Of a stretch of 64,000 bases of DNA, positions 1 to 14,434 are shown piece by piece. The notes beneath the pieces were generated by a model. It was not told the DNA's origin. It saw only the letters and a program-made list of their open reading frames with translations, and searched no databases. This stretch comes from Eledone cirrhosa. Its lineage: Eukaryota. The stretch lies in assembly GCA_964016885.1 (NCBI GenBank), contig OZ024741.1:130262001-130326000 (forward strand), read 5' to 3'. The translations under genes and the position numbers were made by a program. Each line of letters opens with the position of its first letter. Position 1 is the first letter of the stretch.

Positions 1-54
1 TTGAAAAATATGCGGTAATGTCAAACATGTTCATGTGTATTCCATGCGTTGGGC

Positions 55-541
55 GTACGGATAGCTAAAGCAAGGCGTGCTCTCGATAGTTTCAGGTCAA
101 TCAGGAAGTCCTCCCTACCAAACAAAATGACGAAAGGATTTCTCAGAGCTGTTGTTGAATTGGTTCTAATATATGACTCCTCAGCATGGACAATGGCACA
201 GAGATTAGAGAAAAAATGCTGAACAGGTCCTGGAAGCAGCATTCCACGAAAGGAGAGCTATATGGACGGATTCCTCCTGTATCAGCGTTAAGGAAAGGAG
301 GATAAGATACACTGGGCATTATTAACGAAGCAGACGATCTTGTTAAAAGTTTTTTTTTTTTTGTGAATGCCAATCCATGGATACACTTGCATCGGGTGTT
401 CTCGTATGAGTTATATAGACCAACTAATTAAAGATGCTGGTTTGACAATCGAAGACCTAAAAACAGCGATGGAGAACAGGGATATCTGAAGAGGGAGAAA
501 TGAGTTGGCTCGAGCAATTTGCCCGATCCAATGATGATGAT
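55..541 (+). mobile_element. RTE-clade LINE, decayed 3' end (RT C-terminal region and tail)
   Basis: Manual translation RIAKARRALDSFRSIRKSSLPNKMTKGFLRAVVELVLIYDSSAWTM...SWKQHSTKGELYGRIPPVS...HG...SYIDQLIKDAGLTIEDLKTAMENR matches the RTE post-RT region. It has frameshifts and ends in a short (TGA)n tail. Confidence 0.8.
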
Positions 542-724
542 GGTTAGAGGCTTACGTGCAATTTTAATCTAGCCAGTTTTATTTAAAATGCTTGGCAAGA
601 TTAAAAGATTTGGCAAAAGGAACTTACCAAAGATATCCTCTAGCAGTAAGTGTGATTGTATCCGAAAGCAACAGATTTCAAAGAGAGTCTTTTACACTAT
701 ACTAGTAGGATGTAGGAGAATTGT

Positions 725-875
725 AAGGTGAATTGGCAGAATCGTTAGACAGTCGGATAGAGTGCTTTGCGGTAATCATTCTGGATCTCTACTCTCTGGG
801 TTCAAATCCCGCCAATGTCGTCTTTCATTCATTCAAGGTCGTTAAAAAAGTACAAGTCCAGTATTGGGGTCGAAT
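725..875 (+). mobile_element. tRNA-derived SINE (family 1), diverged
   Basis: A-box TGGCAGAATCG, B-box GGTTCAAATCCC, body similar to other copies in the window. Confidence 0.7.
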
Positions 876-1184
876 ATTCTTCTGTATCTTTTTCTTACTT
901 CTCTCATTACTTATCCTGGTCTGGAAGAAATCTGCTGGAGAGGCGATAGGATCCGCCAGGATTTGAAATGCCCTAGAAATGTCGTATATCAATACGACGC
1001 CGTCGGGAGTTACAGATCCATACATATATACATAGGAACATTTATATCCGGTGAATATTTGCTATTATAATGTGTGGAGATATTCGATAAACAGATTCAC
1101 CATAACATTTAGTCATAGGAAGAGACGAGGGATTTTCTGGTACAAAGATAAAGTGTGCAACAGTTATGATTTAGGTAAATATTG

Positions 1185-1395
1185 ATTTCTAATCAAGGTC
1201 AACTAATTTGTGGGAGCTGCAAAGTTGATTCTATCAATCCAGTACTTCATTGCTACTTTAATGTAACGCCTTCGAAATGATGATATACAAAGATGACCTT
1301 GGTGAGACTTGAACTCAGAAGGAAATGTGGCAGAACAAATACCTCAATGGTATCTTATCCGATACTCTACTAATCCTGCATTTCCCTCCACTTCC
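1185..1395 (-). mobile_element. tRNA-derived SINE (family 1), highly diverged
   Basis: Contains the family motifs gaccttggtgagacttgaactcagaa and ccgatactctac seen in minus-strand copies. Confidence 0.5.
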
Positions 1396-1574
1396 GATTT
1401 ACCTCAGCGGCGAGGAACTATTAGTAGTTTGTGATGTAGTGGAATTAGTCTTGTGGGAAAGTAGTACTAGCAAAGTTTCAAGGGTTTAAATACTGATATT
1501 GTTTAAAATAATGTCCAAAAAACTCAACGACGACGACGATAGGAGATAGGAGAACCCCAGACGCGTTCGTGATA

Positions 1575-3295
1575 GCAGGCGAGGGGGAGGTCTTCTCATT
1601 CGAAGTCGGCAGATGGTCTGCCAGAACTCTTTATTTGCTGACCTGAAGTTGGATTCCAGCTTCAATAAAGTCTTCTCATATCTTAAATTTAGACGCCTTT
1701 ACTGTCTCTGCTGCGATTCTTCGTGTCTACTTGTAATGCAAGTGCAAGAAGGAGGACTTATTTCCAAGTCAGCTTTATAGACCTGATTCTTTGCTTGGAT
1801 GGCATATTTAACCTCTTGATTGCCATCCAACTCCACACCAAGCCTCTTTCCCTCGCAGCATTTAATAGCTGAAGCAGAAACTACTGAGCTAAACAATCTT
1901 CACTCCGTCACAACGTCCTCAGTTTGTTCAAGAAGTTCTTTGAATTTGGATGCAATAGTATCTGCATACCTGGCCATAACTCTTTTATCCACCAATGCTT
2001 CCCCCTTTATCCTGTAGGTCAAGCTGGACCCACTAATTTGGTGGGTTTCTTTAGCTTTAGGTAAATCAATGTTATCAAGGTTATCAAGCTGCTGATAACT
2101 AGATAGTGATCAGTTGACAACTCAGCACCTCTCAACATGATCATCCAGCACAGAATCGAAGAGATGAGAGACAATAACAAACTCAATTATTGATCTCTGT
2201 CCCCGATTCCCCATATACCATTTATATTTATGGATGTCTGTGTGCTGTAGGAAAGTGTTCATAATAAATAGTCCATTGCTAGAACATTAGTGCAATAAGG
2301 CCTCTCCATTTGAATGTAGCTCGGGATCACCCTTCCTCTCAATCACTCCTTTCCATGGCAAGCAATCAGTGCCAATATGTACATTGAAGTCTCCGATTAC
2401 GTTATATGACTCAGTCTTAACTACATTCAACGCTGCAGTGACTTCACCAAGGAAGGATCTGTATTTGGACTCCTTGTTTGGTGCTTAAACTTGCACCACC
2501 AACAGCTTGCACCTAACATGCACCTAAGCTTCAAGAGGTAAATCCTCCCTCCAAATGGTATCCAGTTCATAACACATTCTGACAGCCAGGGGCTTATGAG
2601 TATCCCCACTCCCACCTGTGCTCATTTCTGACGCCACAACTGAATAGTGGAGATTCCATCTTCCATTCAAATCTACAGTAACAGAACCACGGAAATTTCT
2701 TGAGGAAACCCCGACTATATCTAGCCGGTAGAATCCACTACTTCCTGCTCATTACCTATAAGGGTTGTCTTGTTCCAGCTTCCAGTTGTCAAGGTATGCT
2801 CCCTTCCTGACTCTCTTTGAGGTCCCGGGATAGGCAATCTTTGTGTGTCCATTCCACGTCTCCCAGAACAAGTTGCATGCTCATCGCCACTTTTTACGAC
2901 ATGAAATGGAGTCTGCAATATACTTTTCAAACAGGCTGGACGCATTCCTTATTAACCTGCATGAAGGACGATGCGTTATAATTATTTTTACCTCTCGCCT
3001 TATTGCAGTTTTGGTGGCATTATTCGCGTCAGTCACCAATCTCTCATTTTCTCAAACCCGCGAAGACTCTTCTTTAGAGACTGTCTTTACTTGCCTCTTC
3101 ATAGATACATCACTGGTTAGTGTGAGATTTTTTGGGGAGCTTCAGGTGTCACCCTTCCTCTATCTCCCCTAGTAGTTTACCGCTGCTAGTCCTGAGCTGC
3201 TTATTCGTATGACAGCTGCCCACTTATATCGCAACTAAACATCATATCTGGTGGCCGTATCCTTATCCGCCACCTGCGACACTTTCCCTAGCAGA
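1575..3295 (-). mobile_element. RTE-clade LINE, decayed 5' half (5' UTR, AP endonuclease, linker)
   Basis: Minus-strand translation gives GSWN, GVGILISPWLSECV, GDFNVHIG...WKGVIERKG...NGEALL...IMNTF, STDHYL and NQEVKYAIQAK, with stops and frameshifts. 3170-3290 resembles the conserved RTE 5' UTR (caggtggcggataaggatacggccaccagatatg...gaataagcag). Confidence 0.85.
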
Positions 3296-4175
3296 ACAGC
3301 TCTGCGTTGATGTCAGAAACAAACTTTATAACGTGTGAGGCAGGAGTTGACGAAGGTGAGAAATGTAAGTCTGTGAGTGAGTGTCTATTTTAAGGAGACA
3401 AAGTGAGTGATAAGAGAACTGTAATATGCCTAGATGACCGAAGGATGCTACTGTATGTCCGGCGGAGGAGAACATTCGCAGAACAGCGTTCGTAATAGAA
3501 GTGGGTGTGATTTTGAAATAGAAACTGCGATTCGTGGACACGGTTTTTTCCGGTGCACTCTCAGGTAAACGAAGGCCTTCTGATGACTTTTTTGACAAAC
3601 TGTATCGGATAAGGTTTCGCATGATTCACATGTGGTTTTTACGTTGTCTTCATTCGAAAGTTTTTTTTTCTGTGGGGGTGGGGGTATGAGACATCTTTCC
3701 AGCAATAGTCAATTCTGAGAGAGTGAGAATGAGGAAGAGAGGGAGAGAGAAGAAGTGGGGGGGGGGGGGGCGATGGAAACAGATTGGGGAGGGAGAAAGA
3801 GATAAAAAAAAGACAGAAAGAGGTTACAGAGAGAGAAGAAGCGTTATTTATTTGGTTGGTAATTTAACGATTCCGAAAGAATGAAAGGGAACCTTTGAAT
3901 TTAGAAGCCAATGAAACGGAGCAATCACCACAAGACATTATGTCGGTCGCTCAAAAAAAAAAAAATCTGGCAATTCGCCCTTTTTTTTCTCTCTAGACGG
4001 ACGAAAATAAATATTTATTTGCTCGTTCGTTTAGTTGTTGCCCTCTGAAGGCAACATCTTCAGCGGCTAAACCTTCTCTGATATATATATAGTCTGATTT
4101 ATATATATAGTCTGAGTCCAGAAATAGCCGTCGAAACGGCTTGAGCTCTGCCCTCGGGGTTCCTGACCCTTTTCC

Positions 4176-4210
<35 letters not shown>

Positions 4211-4213
<3 letters not shown>

Positions 4214-4402
4214 TGTTTCTACTTTAGGCACAAGGCCAGCAAATTACCCAGTGCATTACTGGTACTTTATTTTATCGACCCCGTAAGGATGAAAGGCAAA
4301 GTTAACCTCGGCGGGATTTGAACTCAGATCATAAAGGGAGGTAACTCTGTGCTACAAAGCATGGCGTCCGACCCTCTACCGATACTGCCAATCCACCGCC
4401 TT
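4211..4402 (-). mobile_element. tRNA-derived SINE (family 1, short subfamily), well preserved
   Basis: Minus strand has A-box TGGCAGTATCGG, B-box GAGTTCAAATCCC and 3' end ggccttgtgcctaaagtagaaacaatt. It sits in a TA run. Confidence 0.9.
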
Positions 4403-5661
4403 TATATATATATAATACGTTTGGATTACGTCTAGCCTAGCCGATATATACTCACTCAGTGAATTTACAAAAATCGGATGTTTTAAATACGACTTTGCAA
4501 CTCGGAGTGGATATTATACGTTAAATAGTGGATAAACGGCTTAGAGTAGGAACAAAGAGTATGCTCTGAACTGTACAGTTTCATTACCGAGTTCTGTGTG
4601 CAACGGCTGCACCAGCAATACTACACACTGAAGTCATGCAATATTTCCAACAAATTACAAAGGCTACAGGACAATGACTGACGCGGAAAATGATCGTCGG
4701 AGTTCAGTACTAATACTAACGGGAGAATTCATCCGAGAAACTACCAGATTCAAAATGAATCTCCATAGTGGCAAGGATAGCCGTTTCATACTGTTGTAGA
4801 ATGACGTAACCTTCTAAAGAGGAAGGCAATATACAGCCGTTAGGAATATGCACACAGTTGACGGTAAAATTCAAATAGTTGAAGACGTACCGAAGCTCTC
4901 AACCTGATTAGTGTTTTGAATAACAAAAAACAGACGTAACTAATATAAAAGAAATAATGCATATTTATTTTCAATATAGAAATAATAAAAAAGAAGGGGA
5001 AACAAAAGAAAAGAAAGAATAGGGAAATATAAAAAAAGAGGAGAGAAAGATAGAAGAAAAAGATCGGGAAGGGGAAGCGATGGCAAGAGCTCTGATGTCG
5101 CAGAAGAGAGAGGGGGTGGGGTGGGGGTGATTGGGCTTTGGGCCTAGGGCAAGAGGGCAGAAGTGCTGCGCCCCACTGACAAGACGGCAATGGTGTTTAA
5201 CTTACAACTAAAGGTATGTTTGTTACCTGGGAGAATTTAATAATTAAATATAATGAGTTGTAAAACGCAAAATCTACTTGGGCAGAATTTGAACTTAGTA
5301 TATAAAAGTACATAATAAATTACTACATGATATTATCACTAATGCTGCACCGATTCAACAGGATCGGCACGTATCGCGTTAATATTATCGAACACAAAAA
5401 GTTAAAACTCAATATCTTTACTAGCAAGATTTGAATTCAGAACATAAGTAACTACATGAATAAGTGCTGCATGCAATTTTCTCTGGTACTTTACCAAGTG
5501 GGCATCATTGCGTTAAACTTTTCATTAATGTATTTCTAAACAATACTTTGTATTTTAATCAATTTATTAGAATGGTTTACATCAATTATAATTTAATTAA
5601 TATGGTATTTGTAACATGACAGAATAATCTATTTTAAGATTATGTTGAAAAGTTATATTTA

Positions 5662-5781
5662 AGTAGGAGTAAGCCAGGCCCACTGATCAGGTAGGATGAG
5701 CCGTCCATGGATCAAGTGGAGTGAGTCAGCCCCACTGATCAAGTGGGGTGAGCCAGGTCCATGGATCAAGTCGAGTGAGCC
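5662..5781. repeat. ~27-bp minisatellite with alternating A/B units
   Basis: Units ...gagccaggcccactgatca... and ...gagcc(ag)gtccatggatca... alternate about 4.5 times. Confidence 0.7.
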
Positions 5782-6095
5782 TCGCTCACGTATTAGGTAG
5801 AGACAGTTCGACACGGATGGTGAAAATGTTAGAGCGACAAAATTAACTTTATGAGTTCTATTCCTGTACAACAAACGCACAAGTGAATACAAGGGACCTA
5901 CATGAAATCAATGTGACCCTATACAGACAATTTTCTTCTTCTTCTTCTTCTTAACTCATCAATAGCAAGTGTTTGTTTGTTATATATGTTTGATTTGATT
6001 AATCAGTTTCATGTTATGCACTCAACACATAAGTACAATAGACCGCTTGATCTTAACTTTCTTATGATGCAAACTGGCAAGATCAATTGACGTAG

Positions 6096-7545
<1,450 letters not shown>

Positions 7546-8067
7546 GAAAGAAAAAGATTTCTGAAACAATCAAACGCAAAACATTATTTTAAAACACGAC
7601 AAAACAAAAGTAAACACGAGAGAAAATATATATTGAAGACGATAGCAGTAGATGAACGAAAACAAGAAAGAAACGGGTGGCTGGCGGGTTAACGGGTGGT
7701 GTTGGTGGAGTGGGGCAATTGAAATATAACGTTAAGTAATTTGAATCGATAGATTTGCCCATTTGATCATTGCTAGCATCAGTAGAGATAGATTTATATG
7801 TCGCCAAAAGACCAAACGAAACACTTTTGAACTGAATGCTTCGTGTCAGATTGATAGTTATCGTAAGTTTGCAGAGTGAGATAAAGGGGAATGAGGGAAG
7901 AGGCATGGGTAAGAGAGAGGAGAGATTTTATGAGGAAGACAAAGGAAGAGAGAGAGAGAGAACAAAAGTCATAACTCGCTGCAACAGATGAAGAGAAAAG
8001 CCAACATACGAGACAAAAAAAGTGCCCCATTACTAAACAGAATTTAAATAATGAGAGATGTAATACT

Positions 8068-8550
8068 GATTTCTAATTGTGGTACAAAGCCAACAATGTT
8101 TTGTGGGAGAGTTAAGTCGATACCACTGTGTTACTGGTACTATATATGTTATCGACCTCGTAAGGATGAAAGGCAGAGCTAACCTTGGCGGAATTTGAAA
8201 TCATAACGTAAAGGGATGTAACTAAATGACGCAAATCATGTACGACGCTCTACTGATAATGTCAATCGACCGCCCTAATAATGGTTTATGATGTAGGCAC
8301 AATACCAGAGTTTTGAGGAGGGGAAAGTCGATTAAAGCGACCCCAGTGGTCCTTTATGTCATCGACACCCATAAGGATGAAAAGCAAAGCTAACCTTGGT
8401 GGGATTTGAACTCAGAACATAAAGGGAGATAACTCTACGCTGCAAAGCATGGTGTCTGACTCTCTACCGATACTGCCAATCTACCGCTAATAATAATTGT
8501 TTCTACTTTAGGCACAAGGCCAGCAATTATCCAGTGCATTACTGGTACCG
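8068..8550 (-). mobile_element. Tandem cluster of family 1 SINEs (two near-full copies plus a 3' fragment)
   Basis: Repeated gcacaa...ccag...ggatgaaa...aaccttgg...ggatttgaa...ctctac blocks separated by (TAA) tails. Confidence 0.85.
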
Positions 8551-8624
8551 CTAATAATAATGATTTAATTATTCACCACAAGGGTTAACACCAAGAAGAA
8601 CATTATGAAAACAGGACGAAAACA

Positions 8625-8699
<75 letters not shown>

Positions 8700-8789
8700 T
8701 GTGTTGGTGTGTGTGTTTTGCGTGTAAACAAATTTAACAATGTTAGAAAAAAAATATAACAATAAAAACATTAAAATTAAGTGTATTCC

Positions 8790-9860
8790 TTAATAGGGAG
8801 GAGACGTTCGAGAGTCACGCGCGGAAAAAACCCCATAAGACCGCGTTGGGCGGACCATTGAAACCAGGCAATTTGCTCCTCGTGCATACAATCATCGTCT
8901 CTTGTATTTCAGCGGCTGTTATCGGCAATTTCACACCATTTCCTCCGAACAGTTAGGGGAAGTTCTGTTGAAAAGCTGCACATATCACTTGGGATTGAGT
9001 AACATGCGCCTGTCATGCTCAGCCAAAGACCGGATTGTGGCTTTGTTTCTATGACGTGCCTCCACCACTCAGGACCATTGAACTGCTTTCGTGTCCACGC
9101 TCTGACAACGCACCTATCGTGTTTTGCGTTAAATTGGTCGTGGGCCAATTTTGCCGCTAGCACAACAGTTGCGTTGCCTTTCACAAAAGCCTCTTCTAAC
9201 TTTCTAGCTAGCTCATACTCTAATCTAGTTTTTCTTTTATTCCTACTCACTTACTAAACCATATTGATTCTACTCTTACTGCATTTTTCAGGGCAAACCA
9301 GCATTTGTTGTTGACAATTCACTAATCCGATCTTGCGCACCGGAAATGACGCGATCAGGTTCCTGTAACCGGCACCCTGTCTATAAAGCCTATCTATGTC
9401 GATTGTACAGATCACAAATTGTGGTCTGTGTAGTCGACTATTTTCAAATGTGGACATCTCATGGTAGCTTTTACTCCATCTTGATACAAACTATATGACC
9501 CGATGCGAGTTGTCCATATCCACATTGGCGCATTCAAGAAATACAGTCGGTACCTGTCAAACAATTGGAAAAGTCTGAGCAAGCTTGCGAGATTTTTACC
9601 CCCCCCCCCCCCCCCACCTCCTCTATCTGTAGCCCGACACAGTCTAAGTAAGCGTTGCTCTAAGATACCGTTCCAGTCGCCCACTAACACTAAAGAGCGA
9701 GGCGCCTGAAGAAATCAGACCGCCATGCTCCTGTCAGGGCATAGACAACCACTACCCTGAACGCATAGCCTTTGCTGCTGTCCAGTACCACCAACTTACA
9801 TTCTGGGTCCAGGAAGGTGGTCGGTATCCTGAGATCCAGGCCTTTTAACATCGGATGTTA
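8790..9860 (-). mobile_element. L1/Tx1-like LINE ORF2 fragment (AP endonuclease and downstream linker), decayed
   Basis: Translations RVVVVYA, LVGDWNGIL, DRYRL...MWIWT, CPHLKIVDYTDH, GAGYRNLIAS and ELARKLEEAF match L1/Tx1 APE motifs. Several frameshifts. Confidence 0.75.
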
Positions 9861-10155
9861 TACCGGCGAATCTATGTCCATATGAATGTGTTTTTTTTTT
9901 CAATTAATGATATTTGTTTCTGTGTGTCTGTCAAAGTGACTGATGATAACATTACGCCAACTGTTACTGTGTTTTGGAAAACACTGTCTCATAGTGACCA
10001 AATCCAAAACGGTTTTCTGTTTTCTACTATTTTCTTCGCTCGGAAAATTGTAGGCGTGATTGATTTTACTTTTGACTGTTTTTTCAAATATAATGTTTTA
10101 CACATACAAAACGGGTTATACAAAAAGGTTACAAAACATTTTTGGGGATTTATAT

Positions 10156-10189
<34 letters not shown>

Positions 10190-10227
10190 ATTAATCCCCA
10201 AAAATGTTTTATAACATTTATATATAT

Positions 10228-10286
<59 letters not shown>

Positions 10287-11323
10287 TAGATATATTAATA
10301 GAAAAGAATATTAAGGTATATTTGTCGATGATCATTAATTCATTTATTATATAATGGTGAACCTGACACATGTTTCGGTGTAAGTGACCTATGAGATCAG
10401 TATCATTACATAATTCATTACCTCATACTGTCAGGTAATAATTTCCACACATCTCACAGATTGTTCAGATGCCTGAACATTCTTACCAAGCAGTATGAGA
10501 TAATAAATTATGTAATCATACAAATCGCACTATAATAATACATTGAAAAACGGGGTCAGATTCATCATTATTTAATTAAAGAGCATCAACAAATGCACCT
10601 TAATGGGGTTTTTTTCTGTAGACCTATCCATTGATAATACCGTGGATTACATATAATCGATTAGTTAATCATACTCTATGATGCACATGAGGATTAACCG
10701 AGTAATTGGGATAAACTATTCTATCTGCTACGTCAAACACAACCTAACTAGTAAGTTGTATTTCCCGTATTCTACTTGCTCGTCCACCCAACAATTCGAA
10801 TATAGGGAGTTGCCTACAATATATATATATATATAGAACCACCTTAAATCATAGACACCCTATGTATTTCTGGGGGTACATTGTACCCTCAGATATATTA
10901 ACCTTATTCATTATTCTCCAATTATGTAGAGAAAAAATTCTGTCGTTCTATCTAGCTGCTAAAAATTTTTTTGGGTAGCGAACATAGACAACAAGTCTAC
11001 GATTTCCCGCCTTCACTTTACACCAACGTATTTATGGGTCACTTTCACGACCTTTCAGACCTGTATTAGTTGGAGTGAGGTCATATATTTTATCGTTCCT
11101 GGGGTTTTTAACCCTAGGAAAGGAAAATGCTTCTCTGATGATCTTTGCTTTTCCATTAATATCCATGTGATATCTAATGTTTTGCAACGTGAAACTGTAC
11201 AGTAAGGGCTACTCGAATAGGTAAATATTTATATTATATTTTTTAATTTTGATTAATTTTAATTGTAAATTAATTTTGATTTATTTTGAAAGATTGGTTG
11301 AATTTTACTTGTTCTGCTTATCT

Positions 11324-11411
<88 letters not shown>

Positions 11412-11571
11412 CAAAATGTTAATAAATGAAAAATATTCTCATAATCAAAATATATATTTTATTATACATATTTCAAAGGTACAATGGTGTTTAAGTACGT
11501 TTTCATCAGACAAAATATATGATTTGATATGTGACATACCGCTACGGTTTTGATTATTCAATTCCAGTATT

Positions 11572-11620
<49 letters not shown>

Positions 11621-11624
<4 letters not shown>

Positions 11625-11946
11625 GGAAAAGAATGAAACGAAATTTCATTTCTCACTCTTAGTATGGCTGATACTTAAATGTAAGTATGTATACGTACAT
11701 ACATATATGTATACCGACATACAGTATATATATACATACATGCACACATATATATATATGTAAGTATGGGTTCACCGAACACTTTTTATAATGTTCGGTT
11801 TGTTTGTAAACAAACCGAATTACGCCGTACAGTGTTCGGCAACCATCGTCGCCCTCTTGTTCAACACTGACACAGGAACGATGTACTCGTTTCAAGCTTA
11901 TAATAAGTGTTCGGTAAACCCATACGTACATATATATATATATATA

Positions 11947-11993
<47 letters not shown>

Positions 11994-12078
11994 GTGTGTG
12001 TGTGTGTGTGTATGTAAATATGTACATACTACTGTATGACTGTATACATATATGTATGTACATACACATACTTACATT
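11621..12078 (-). mobile_element. Second, 5'-truncated and inverted copy of the 419-nt HHR-bearing element
   Basis: 11621-11899 is the reverse complement of about 44715-45000 and breaks in HHR stem II. 11900-12078 is an inverted duplication of its own 3' part. Flanked by (TA)n. Confidence 0.75.
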
Positions 12079-12711
12079 TATATATATATATATATAATTA
12101 ATATATAAATGAACCAAGAACCAACGTCCGTATCAATATCTTTGGCTTAAACCATCATATTTCTCTTTCCTATTTATTCTAGCACCAAACCCTAGACAGC
12201 TGTGTGGCTTATCTTCTTTGCCTCTCTCATCGCCTCACATCAGTTCTTAAAGACGTGGCTTCCATATGCCATGATCTTATCGAGGAAACCTACATCCGGC
12301 CGGGGATTTTTGCACCACTTCTTTCGGAAGCATATACAAACTCCCTCTTTTTCTGGAATACAGATTATATGTCAAGACAATACCTTTTCTACTTCAGAAA
12401 AATGAGATGGGGGTAAAATATAGTTATTCAAAAAGGCCTTCATGTCAGAAGTCTAGATTGAAAAATGAACAATATTCTTATTACATTCTAAGCGGCACTT
12501 GTGTAAAGGCGTCAACCCGCACAATATATAAACAAATACTCTAGAAAGTAAATCCACCTTTCTCCAAAAATACAGAAATAGTGCTGCAAAGATTTATGTT
12601 TGTAACTATCTATTACTGATAAACAAAGTCAACCGAAGAATATAGAAAAGTGAAGCAGAGTCTGATTAAAGCTGTGACTCAAGCTGTGACTTTATTAATG
12701 TAGTTGCTCAA

Positions 12712-12897
12712 AAGGGTGGTGGGTTGGCAGTATCGGTAGAGGGTCGGACGCCATGCTTTGATCTCAGTTCAAATCCCACTAAAGGTAACTTTGCCTTTCA
12801 TCTTTACGGGATCGATAAAATAAAGTACCAGTTACGTACTGGGGTCGATTTAATCGACTCCCCCCCCCCCCCCAATTGCTGGCCTTATATAAGAAAC
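12712..12897 (+). mobile_element. tRNA-derived SINE (family 1, long subfamily)
   Basis: A-box TGGCAGTATCGG, B-box GTTCAAATCCC and the gtcgatttaatcgac segment. Confidence 0.85.
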
Positions 12898-13393
12898 CAT
12901 TAATGTAGTTGCTCAAACTATTCACACCGGGAACCATAGAAAGCATGCAGAATACATTAAGTAACTGCTGGTCAGTCACTGGCTGGTCAGTCATAGCCCA
13001 AAAGGTATATATCTACGGGCACGACAGAGGCGAGGTTTTCATATACCAGACGTTATGATAGCATTAGAAAATATAAAGAGAAAAGAGCGAGTATAAACAT
13101 CTCCTTATAATATATAACCAGCAATTTCTCTGTCTGTCTGTCCGACAGTGGAAACACGTGCGCGCGTGGTTGCTATCTCTCTCTCTCTTTCTCCAGCTAT
13201 CCCTCTCTTTTAGTCTGTCTGTTTCTCTCACTCTCACTCTTTCTCTTTGTAACACACTAACATTCCTCCCCTCTATCGCTGTGACGAATGGGGAGATGGA
13301 GGAGGAGGAGGAGGAGGAGGAGAGAGTCACTTCGTCACTTCACCTCTGCCTTTCTTTCTCTCCCCTCTCACTCCCTCATTACGTACAGACATT

Positions 13394-13586
13394 GGGGCGG
13401 TGGATTGGCAGAATCTGTAGAGAGTCGGACACCATGCTTCATAGCATGGAGTTACGTCCCTTTACGGTCTGAGTTCAAATACCGCCGAGGTTAACTTTGC
13501 CTTTCATCCTCACGGGGTCGATAAAATAAAGTACCAGTAATGTACTGGGTAATTGCCGGCCTTGTGCCAAAAGTAGAAACAATTAT
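13394..13586 (+). mobile_element. tRNA-derived SINE (family 1, short subfamily)
   Basis: Near-identical in organisation to the reverse complement of 4211-4402. Confidence 0.9.
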
Positions 13587-13704
13587 TAGAAACATTGCTT
13601 CATTTTTACATATCTAAGCATTAGTAAAATAACTAATAATTTCAAAAGTAATTTTTCAATTCCAATTGTTATGAACAGCAAAACATTAATAATAATTTTG
13701 TTCT

Positions 13705-13881
13705 AAGAAATATATATACATCTCTGTGTGTGTAATATATATATATACACACACAGAAATATATATACATTTCTGTCTGTGTAATATATATATATATACA
13801 CACAGAAATATATATACATTTCTGTGTGTGTAATATATATATATATATACACACAGAAATATATATACATTTCTGTGTGTG

Positions 13882-13922
<41 letters not shown>

Positions 13923-13930
13923 GAAATATA
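13705..13930. repeat. Minisatellite of palindromic ~45-50 bp units
   Basis: Repeated acacacagaaat-atatatac-atttctgtgtgt units separated by variable TA runs. Confidence 0.85.
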
Positions 13931-13934
13931 TGGG

Positions 13935-14434
13935 CATTCCTCTGTTTGTCTGTCTGTCTGTCTGTCCTTCCCTAAAATTCAAATGTAGGTGCTACAGAAA
14001 TATTACCTTCCCCTTCCTTTCTCCACTTTGGTACTACCAAGAGAAACTGTCGCTATAGAAACATTACCTTCACCTCTCCACTGACTTTGGTCACTGAGGC
14101 CGAGGGAATCGCTGGTTGCTATAGAGACACCTTGCACAAGCCAGAAGTAACCAGTTCGAGGTGGTTCTGACTTGACACCATGCCAAGGACCATTTGAAGA
14201 TATATTTCCATCGTTATATCATAACGTTTATGTATCATAACGTTTATATTTCCGTCACTAATCTCTTTTTCTCCTATTTCGTTTTAACATATATTTATTT
14301 CAAAGATTTCACCGTATAGATAACATATATATTTATACATGCATAAAAGACACACCGAGAGACGGTAAACATGTGGTGCCGAAAACATTTCTCATCCAAA
14401 TCTCAACAATATCAGTATGGTGGTTTTCTGCTAG
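13935..14434 (+). mobile_element. Possible decayed non-autonomous Helitron
   Basis: (GTCT)n-ccctaaaa 5' segment resembles that of the next element. It ends in ctgCTAG directly abutting the next TC start, but the 3' hairpin is degenerate. Confidence 0.45.

Noticed and set aside
3326-3705. Possible host exon in unique, higher-GC sequence
   Set aside because: No recognisable protein motif or convincing exon chain.
4035-4150. Hammerhead candidates (ctgaaga...; ctgat..gagtcc...gaaac)
   Set aside because: Could not assemble core, stems and cleavage triplet on either strand. Only the hairpin gccgt-cgaa-acggc is clear.
4211-4402. tRNA genes suggested by A/B boxes
   Set aside because: No cloverleaf. 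The boxes head multi-copy ~190-bp SINE bodies.
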